From: Laetmonice hystrix
Lineage: Eukaryota
Length of the DNA: 64,000 bases
NCBI GenBank assembly: GCA_965235115.1
Contig: OZ249436.1
Location: 10,046,001 to 10,110,000 of the forward strand
Direction: 5' to 3'
This document shows, piece after piece, positions 50,101 through 60,200 of this stretch; the first letter of the stretch is position 1, and the number at the start of each line of letters is the position of its first letter. The notes beneath the pieces were generated by a model. That model saw nothing but the letters and a program-made list of their open reading frames with translations. It made no database searches and was not told the DNA's origin. The translations under genes were made by a program, and so were the position numbers.

Positions 50101-51049
50101 ATGGCAGGCAATGGGTAATTAAAGGTAAATGGCCTGTTCCAGATTTCGAATAGACCAGTAATGAGACAGCGCCTTTAACTAATGCATATCTCCAGAAAAA
50201 CATGGATCTGTGTTTCTATGTCTGTGTCGGCATCTACATATTCAACTGCCCTGTTTATAGTCCGTCGGCCGACCATCGGCCGGCCATCGCAGAACGTTTA
50301 TAGTTGCAGCGATGTCCAGCGATCCGGCCGCTGCCAATATAGGCCTACAGAGGTCATAATCTGTGACACAAATGAATTATCTCGATCTAAATCTCTTGAA
50401 CGGTGCAACATGGTACAATGCCGTAATGGACGCTATGGGCACTGCAGGAAGTAACATCCATTTACGGATCCTTTGATGTATAAAATATGAATTCAATGCC
50501 TGGGAGGTTTTCATCTCGTCAAGTCCTTCCTTAACCGCTTAGCACAGCTCGACGGAGTGCTGCACAAATCAGCACGAATAGGCACCAATCGTCGACAGGG
50601 TTGGAGGGGGGAGCGCCCCCTTAGAAATTAGATTTATCAAAATTTAGAGTTTGGCGCTTGTGTAGCACCGTGATGGTCTCGCGTTTTACTACGGTTTCCC
50701 TTCTCTTGTCCATGTCTACCAGATTTCAGACCATGCACGTGCATGACGTATAAATACACAGGTATCATTTATTTCTCACACTTTTGCTGATATTTCCATT
50801 ATCAACGGTGTAGTGTGGTAAGCGTTTCCTGTTACATGACGCCACTTAATGTGACGGGTCTGTTAGACGCTGCCGGTGAACGATGCTGTGATCTGGTATT
50901 TCTATCATTTCAACTATGTTAAATAATTGTAGCTTACTGCTTTTGGTTCCATGAATTAAAACCTAAAGGTAGTGGTGCCGAGATCAAGGCGTAAATATTG
51001 ACTGTGTGCATTGAGGCGTAAATAGATCCGGGACTTTACTGACTTTGGT

Positions 51050-51115
<66 letters not shown>

Positions 51116-51174
51116 ACTCTCTCCCTCTCTAACTCTCTCTCTCTCTCTCCCGCTCTCTCTCTCTCCCCCTCTCT

Positions 51175-51214
<40 letters not shown>

Positions 51215-54200
51215 CTGGCTGTGACGGCTGTATCACAGCCAGCACTTAAACGCCAAAGCGTACCAGATTTGAAATCTTTCTTCAGTGAAGATGCAATCCG
51301 CACACATATCATATGACGCGTTGCATACTACGGCGGCCCGAAGGATGACTTTACTTGGATAATGGATATTGTCCAGCATTCTTCTGTGGCCCCGAAGTAT
51401 AGGTCTCAGTTCGAGGGACGGGGCAATCACCGACAACAGTATGTCTTCAGTGTATTCCTAGGGGCATTCGCTTCTCATGATACCTAGGCTCATTATAGTC
51501 CTGATTAACTCTCATACCTAGGCTCATTATAGTCCTGATTAACTCTCAGAACTTTTACAAAGGTTGACTGTCTTTATTGCACGGACGGAAAGTATGAAAT
51601 GACAGGGATACCACTGAGGGAGGGCATCAATTTGTTTTGGCTTGTAATGTAGGCGCAATCTGGCAGGGTTTAGTAATTTGAACCGATATTGTAAGCCTCA
51701 ATATTTTAAGGTAATCGCTATGTTTTTATTCAGGTTCATAAGATCAAAGACTGTCGTTGTTTGAAAGGACATTAAACCGAGGATCCCCGTGCGCTGCCGA
51801 ACATACCCAAACAAATACAGGAGAACGCCACTGGGGATTGGCTCCCCAGCTTTTTGACCCACACCAATCGGATAGCTATACGGATAGCTCAACGGGGGCC
51901 TTCACAAAGTCAGGCACAAGTAGGAGGTCACCCCGTGTGAAGAGAACAAAACAGGCTGGGTGTTAGAGATCTTTTAGAAAGATTAAAAAACAGATTCCTT
52001 ATAATTATAGTCGCCCCATAGAACCTTCCTTGAAAGCAGCAGATATATGTAAACTGATTTGGCATGAATTTCTCAGCATATCGCAGATTTCAGGCCGTGA
52101 CAGCCGTCCTTTAAAAGAAAGGAAAGCTTTCACAGCAAATAAGACTTGATTGATCAAATGTGACACCACCTGCTACCGCAGGGCAGTGAGTTGCACAATT
52201 TCTCTGTCTGAACAATGTAATTTACATTTAACCAGCGTGCAAATAGCTGATACAGCAGACACCATTTGTCGGGTCTAATGAGAGCTTTCGTGATGATGCG
52301 TGACACAGCAGCTGCGGCGCCCCCCTTACACAGGAGGGCTGTGGTGGTAGTTGAATGAGTATATGGTTGTGTGAATTCATGAGTTCTTGTATCGTTCTAT
52401 CATTATTAAAGACCAGCTGCAGCGCCCCCTTACACAGGAGGGCTGTGGTGGTAGTTGAATGAGTATATGGTTGTGTGAATTCATGAGTTCTTGTATCGTT
52501 CTATCATTATTAAAGACCAGCTGCGGCGCCCCCCTTACACAGGAGGGTTGTGGTGGTAGTTGCATGAGTACTGGTTGTGTGAATTCATGAGTTCTTGTAT
52601 CGTTCTATCATTATTAAAGACCAGCTGCAGCGCCCCCTTATACACAGGAGGGTTGTGGTGGTAGTTGAATGAGTACTGGTTGTGTGAATTCATGAGTTCT
52701 TGTATCGTTCTATCATTATTAAAGACCAGCTGCAGCGCCCCCTTATACACAGGAGGGTTGTGGTGGTAGTTGAATGAGTACTGGTTGTGTGAATTCATGA
52801 GTTCTTGTATCGTTCTATCATTATTAAAGACCAGCTGCAGCGCCCCCTTACACAGGAGGGCTGTGGTGGTAGTTGAATGAGTATATGGTTGTGTGAATTC
52901 ATGAGTTCTTGTATCGTTCTATCATTATTAAAGACCAGCTGCAGCGCCCCCTTATACACAGGAGGGTTGTGGTGGTAGTTGAATGAGTACTGGTTGTGTG
53001 AATTCATGAGTTCTTGTATCGTTCTATCATTATTAAAGACCAGCTGCAGCGCCCCCTTATACACAGGAGGGTTGTGGTGGTAGTTGAATGAGTACTGGTT
53101 GTGTGAATTCATGAGTTCTTGTATCGTTCTATCATTATTAAAGACCAGCTGCAGCGCCCCCTTATACACAGGAGGGTTGTGGTGGTAGTTGAATGAGTAC
53201 TGGTTGTGTGAATTCATGAGTTCTTGTATCGTTCTATCATTATTAAAGACCAGCTGCAGCGCCCCCTTATACACAGGAGGGTTGTGGTGGTAGTATAGGC
53301 ACTGGTTGTGTGAAGTCTTCACAAGAAGCGAATCATAAGTTCTTGTATCGTTTTATCATTATTACGGAACAGAAAAATCTACAACATCCAACAGTTGACA
53401 AGTATAGAGGTAAAACTACCACCATGTGCCACAATATCCCTGCGGCAAATGCGGCACAAAACGGCATTTGGAATATGTTTGGCGTTACAGTCCTGCTTTA
53501 GTATGCAGGCTTTGACTTCATATTTCCAGTACACTGATCCGCCTTTTAACCTCATCTGGCCCCGAGTTACGAATTTGAAATGCAAACCGGTTTTTTCGCA
53601 TCTCGCTCTGCACTTTGTCCTGGAGCCGGCAGCTTCGAAGTTACTCATTTCCCCCCGAGTTATCGTATTTCTAAAGTTTTTAATTGAACACGCAGTGGAA
53701 GGGAAGAGTGTTATAATATATCTGTTTTGTAATCAGATGCTTCTCAATATATTTTTAATTTTATTTTACGTTTTTGCTTTTGGTTGAACACATAGAGAAA
53801 TATCATATTGAATTAATTTCCATGTGCATTTATCTTTGGATTAACCACCGGTTCGACTGGTGTCACGGGGAAATGCGCCATATAGCTTCTCAAAAGAAGT
53901 ATGGCCAGTTCGGCCTCATTATCTATACGCCCCTGGTTCCTGTTCGATATTATGTGAGCATTCAATATCATCGAATGGGCGCGATCGTGAGCGTGCTTGG
54001 CGCTGTCGATCGCGTAATTTATAATACATGTTCCTGTGCTTCCAACCAATCGGGAATCCCGCAGTCTTTTCTACTCTAAAGTAACCTCGGGTGAATTTTG
54101 CCTGGTCCCTAACTCTAACTCTATATTGATTACGTATAGAGCCTGGTGAAGGCCAGTCGAAGAGAGCGCTGTGATTGGCCCATCGAAAACACCGCAAACG

Positions 54201-57200
54201 TCGAAGTTAGTCACGTATTTTCCGTGTATCTCCAACAAGATACAGATATTTTCGTCAATCCTTTAACAATACAAGTGTTAATGTCCTCACTTTTGTGGAT
54301 GTAGACATAGTGTCATCGGTCCCTACGCCATCACGCATGGCCATGTTGACCACACTTCAAGATCGGTCACTCCGTTGACGCGCTGATTAACGCAACGGAA
54401 GCGGAAGTGCTTAGAGATTAAGGAACTTCCTTCCGCTTGTCGGTTTTCTGGCAAGTGATATTGCCCAGCACATGGCCTAACATAGCGGACGCGTCTGTTA
54501 GGCAGGGGACCAGCCTAGGGTGAATTCAGTAGCCTGGTGCCCGGTCTAAATACTACGTATATAGAGCCTGGTGAAGGCCAATCGAAGCGAGCGTTGTGAT
54601 TGGCCCATCGAAAACATGGACGCAAACGAGGTAGTTCCGTACCCTCCGTATTTCTCCAACAAGATACAGATATTTTCGTTAATCCCTTTAAAATACAAGT
54701 GTTAAATGTCCTCGCTTTTCTGGATGTAAAAATAGCGTCATCAGTCCCCACACCTGCTACGGTCTGCGTACGCAGGGGCATGTTGGCCACTCCCGGCCAC
54801 GCTCCAAGCAGAAGTCGGTCACTCTGTTAACGCTGACCAACGGAACGGAAGCGGAAGTGCTTGGAGTTTAATCACTTCCGTTTCGCAGCTTTCTGTTAGC
54901 CATCACCTGGCCTAACTTAGCGGATGCGTATGGTAGGCACAGGGCACCAGGCTATGAATTCAGCGGCATTTGGGGCATTGCATCATGGGTGCATTGAGCC
55001 GGTACATTGCTTGCGGCACTTGGTCTGCATCAGCCATGGTGCCAACTGAAATATATTGTTCTTGCCAAAGCCAGTGGGCAATACTGCGATAGTAGGCCTA
55101 CTGTTCATGATACAAGTAGCTCAGTGTCTTTTTTTCAGACCGAGAGATTCTGTTGCAGAAACAATTGCATGTGTCACGTTGTTGTCATCTATGGAGGCCG
55201 CCATATTAATTTTGATAATTTGATAAATTATCTTGTTACGCCAAATTAGGTAAATTAGGTGATTGAATTTTCCCACATGAAACGTTTCCATGCATACCAG
55301 GAAATTTATATTTACGACGCTGAAAGGAGCATGTTTCAATAATGCACGCCTACCTGGCTCAATTGGACGGTTCACTCACTGCCTCGCTACACAGGACAAT
55401 CTCCTCATGTATCGCGACGCCAATGGCTCTCAAATCAGACGAGGGTATTTTCGAATAGCAGGAAGTGACGTCAAATGACGTCCATATGGGCCATGCACAG
55501 CATTCTATGCAGACCACCATATGGCACCCCCTCAATGACACTGGTGGATAGAATGTACATAAAATCAAATCAGTCCATATGGGCCATGCACAGCATTCTA
55601 TGCGCACCACCATATGGCACCCCCTTAATGACACTGGTATAGATAGAATGTACATAAAATCAAATCAGTCCATATGGGCCATGCACAGCATTCTATGCAG
55701 ACCACCATATGGCACCCCGTCACACTGGTAGATAGAATGCGCATAAAATCAAATCAGTCCATATGGGCCATGCACAGCATTCTATGCGGACCACCATATG
55801 GCACCCCGTCAATGACACTTGTAGATAGAATGCGCATATATAATATAAAACAATAGGCGAAGGACGCCTTGAGTGAACGTATATAATATACGTATACGAA
55901 GATATACGTAGATAATGCGGCAATTCACATGTACAATCTTTGCACTCCCTAGCGATTTGAACGCCCACGTGGTATCTTGTTCCAATAGTGGCAGAGGTTC
56001 CTGGGACTTTGTCAGCAGAAAGAGTCTAGACAGCTGGTTAAATCCGGTATCAATTGAAAGTCCATGGGGAAACGCGAGTGATTTTGCTTGAGGGGAGCAT
56101 CCGACTCCTTTGGTGGCATCATTTGAGTCAATTGTGATGATAATTAAGTTATGTTTGTCTGCTTACTGGATCTAAGTTGTCTGGCTTCGTCTGTTTGAAA
56201 CGTCACGTCGGACACATTTGGAACTTGTTGAACACAAGCTGGCGTCGGAGAGATCCACTTTGCCATAACTCTGTTATCTCTGCATGTATTAACTAAATTA
56301 TGCATGAGGTTTCCTTGAATATTGTGGCGACTTATACTCTTGCCATGCTTGGATGGTTTCTTACTTCTATACCTGGACTGATTCCATCCAGGTTCGGCAG
56401 CACCTCCCCTTCCCATTGCAGGCGGCCCACAGCAGTCATTTGAAGGCCCTGTCTAAAGGCCTGTACCCACTAGCGCGTTTTACCGAGCTGCGATCCACGC
56501 TGAGCGGCAAAACGCGCTAGTGGGTTCAGGCCTTTAGCTGTTATTGTTGTATTCATCGTGATAAAATTCGGACTCCCACGTAATTCGGAAATGTTCACAT
56601 ATCTGCTGAAGGCGGTGGTGCTTGCCGTAAGGCCTGAACCCACTAGCGCGTTTTGTCGCTCAGCGTGGACCGCAGCGGTAAAACGCGCTAGTGGGTACAG
56701 GCCTTAAGACACATGTATACTCATGTGCGGTTCTTGTGTCCCTCAGAGATTTTTCATTATTTCCATCCAGACACAACACTAATAATTATAAGACAGGACA
56801 TGCCGCTGCATAATATTCTTCCCATTAGGGCCATAATATTCTCCCTCTTTGTAATTTAATTACACACGAGCTTTCCAGCGGGCGAAAACTGACACTGTGG
56901 CAAGGATCATAAACACGAATTGAATACAAAAAACTGGTTATCACAAGATCCGAGTTCAGGCCAAACGCATACATTCTTCATTCTTCGGGGTCTTCTCTCG
57001 TTTACGAAAGTTCTGTAGCCGCAAGGATGTAAGAATAAAGATGCTATCCCTCTTGTTAACGTGGGGGACTATCGGGTTTTATTAACGACGTTGAATTAAT
57101 AATGATATAGATTAGTTGCGTTCAGCAATTTCGGTTAAAGCAATTTCTATGCCAAAAGCTTGCCGCCTATTGAGTTAATGGGGGTATTGGTGACTGACTG

Positions 57201-60200
57201 GATGGCTGCAGGGGTAATGAGATGAAAACGCCTGGGAACCACTGATAAAGGCAATCATTTCTTCTCAGTAGTCCTATACTAACATTTCTGTCGCCTGGAC
57301 ACTGAATTAGGCTCCCTAGAGGCATGATGTGGGGAAACGTGTACGGACCCCAGGAGAGATACAGAGGAAGTCTGCTCTTTACGACGTCACGTAGAGGATT
57401 CACTATGTCCGAACGAATGGACACCATTACAGTGTCAATGGGCACTGTAACGCTCGCCGTGATAAATCTCACTTCCGACGATCACCCTATTATCGCTCAG
57501 AATAGGACGTCATACGGCAGTGTACTGGGCCCAGGGGAACACTCGCGTAGGTTACCTGGCTGCTACTCTGAGAGACACGTGAACTAGACTGGCATTTAAC
57601 ACTAGGTCTTACAGGTCTCCTGCGACCTGTAGAATATCTTTAATTCTATTTTATCGCCCGTTGAGTATGGAGAAGATTCAATTAGATTTGAACATTTACG
57701 AGAAGGACCTACTTTGCCCAAAGTGGCAGTGGCAATGCAAACCCCCGACCACTAAATAAAAACATGAAGGATGCCCGATCCCCCTATGTGAGAATAGAAT
57801 ACGGTACGTGCGTCCCACGCGTGTCGTAGCACACTGCAAGGTGGCGTCCTGACGGCCCAGTGTAATTCTTCTAAGAGACTAAAGGTTAATTATGACCATC
57901 ACCTGAAGACAGTATTAGTTTGGCTCCCGGAAGATCCCCCCGTGCGGCAATTATTTCCGTTGTTAGTAAGACCCTTCTGTGTTTAATGGGCCCAATCCAG
58001 ATCACATACACGAGAGGTAGAAAATAAAAGGCGGGAACTCGGCATAAAGGGCAGCGAACGAACATTGTCAGTGTCCTGACAGCTAATAATCCTCAATAAG
58101 GCCTCACTGGCCCTGCCAGCCGGCCGATTTGGCCATTTCACCGTTATGATTGGCCGTAAAATAAAAAAACACTCATATGATTTTATGTATTCGAATATAT
58201 TTATCTCTACATTAACATATGTCTACTTTAAATCAGCCAATCCGGGGAAGGGTAGATGTGTCATTATGTAACAACAGGGCACCTCTAAAGGTACATCTAC
58301 GCATTCTTGATGTTTGTCCCAAAATCGGCTGGGCGGGTGGGCCAGTAAACCAAAGGGAGTTGAGGTAACATGACTTCGGTAACATGAAATGGGAACCTAA
58401 ATACAGGCATAACTCTTAATCATCCCTGAACGTCAAACGTTATGCACATTAATAAAAAATGTCTTTTGGAACTTTATCTTGATAGGTTGCGCGGAAGGCC
58501 ATGGCCGCATAACGGCCTGTGTAGTAATGACTACAGATCCGTGCAGTCTTCAGGCTTTTTGTACGAGGAGACTTAACTCATAATGTAACCTGGCCTTTGC
58601 GCCTGGACGAAGAGTTGAGCTTATATATTGAGATTGGACTACATGTACATTATTTTGCTGTATTTGCCTTGCTCAACTAGTCTTAAAACAGACCATTATT
58701 AGCCTGTTTTATAAGCTGGTCTGCCATAAGTGTATTTCTTAAAGAGGACACGTTATCCATTTATAATTATCTCGCGTTTACAAGTTGAAAGAACGCCAGA
58801 TGTTTTTTCTTTGCCATACGGCTCACCATTCGACTTAACCATGACAAAGGTCCAAAAACATGAACGTGAAAATGAAACCTGGAGCTCATTACATTACTTT
58901 AATCAGTAAAAGTGCTTGCCCCAGCATTCTGGAGAACGGACAGACCTAACACAGCAGTCAGGGTAGGTATGTCCTACTCGCCTGAGGCCCCCAAAAAATC
59001 TGAAGGCTGCTGTCACCTGCCACTCAATTATAACAATAATATCTCTAGATAGGACAGGAACGTCTACATATAACGTCATGGTTTCATTTCTATCTGATAT
59101 ATGTATGTTTTCATTTCTATCAGATACGTATGTCATCATGTATTATGATTTAAATCAGATGTATTTCATATTCTTACCCCGTTCGATCATGGAGCAAGAA
59201 CATGACCGTAAAATAGATGGAATAGAATAGCCATAATTGGATGGAGTTATTCATGACACAATAGCGGTGATCTTTTTTTAGTAGAATATAATCGGACAAT
59301 ACATAATACATCTTATTAAATGGTTGCAGCATGAGCGTATGTTTTCTAGAAAATGGGTGAAAATCAAAATCATAATTAGGGTGTATATCGAATGATATAT
59401 CAGTAGCTTACGTAGCAATTGTATTTATTGGGTATTAATCGCAATCCACTAATTCAGTGAAAAACAATGCTAACGTTCAAACGTCCGCTGAATTGGCCTC
59501 TGCCTGCAGCCAAAGACGCGCTATATTGACCGTTCCTTGCGGTAATTGTTTAATAAATTACAGTTGTTGTACGTGTAAGCAATATGGAACATTCCATACG
59601 AATATGTTTTGACATTGTGCTACATAATATATGGCACGCTTTGAATATTATACCAATTGTCTCCCCTGGTAAAATTGTTCTGAGAGGTTGTAAATAAAGT
59701 CTGGAATGAAACTTTGAATAAAAATACACTTAAATAGAAATGTGATATATTGTAACTGGAGCAAGTGATGACGACTAGAATGGCTCCAGTGAACATTCCT
59801 TGTCAGTGCCGGGGAAACCTGAGAGAACCACAATCCGTGATGAACGCTGACAGATCCGTCATTAAGTAAATGCTCATGTTTGAGCCCTGCCCCGATTGTC
59901 ATAATCGAATGTCATTTCAATATTTCTCTGGTTCATCATTGTCATTAAAGTACATTTATTTTACTTTGTTTCATCTTTGCGAAGTTCGGGAGCCTGTTTT
60001 ACGCAGTTTGATAATGGATGTAGAAGAAAAATAAGTGATCGGTGCTGCCGCAAAGTTGACGATGACAGACTGGCCTAATTTGCAGTAATTCAACCAGAAA
60101 CTGTTCCATCCACGCTGTTTTCGTTTTCTACAGAGACACGTGCCATTCATGGGTTTATTAGTCTACAGAGACACATGTTATTCATGGGTTTATCGGTTTC

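Noticed and set aside
19994..53322. Long repetitive ORFs (19994-20459, 22768-23376, 45670-46216, 47512-48407, 52795-53322)
   Set aside because: They are by-products of stop-free minisatellite units, open in several frames or strands, with no splice or domain support.
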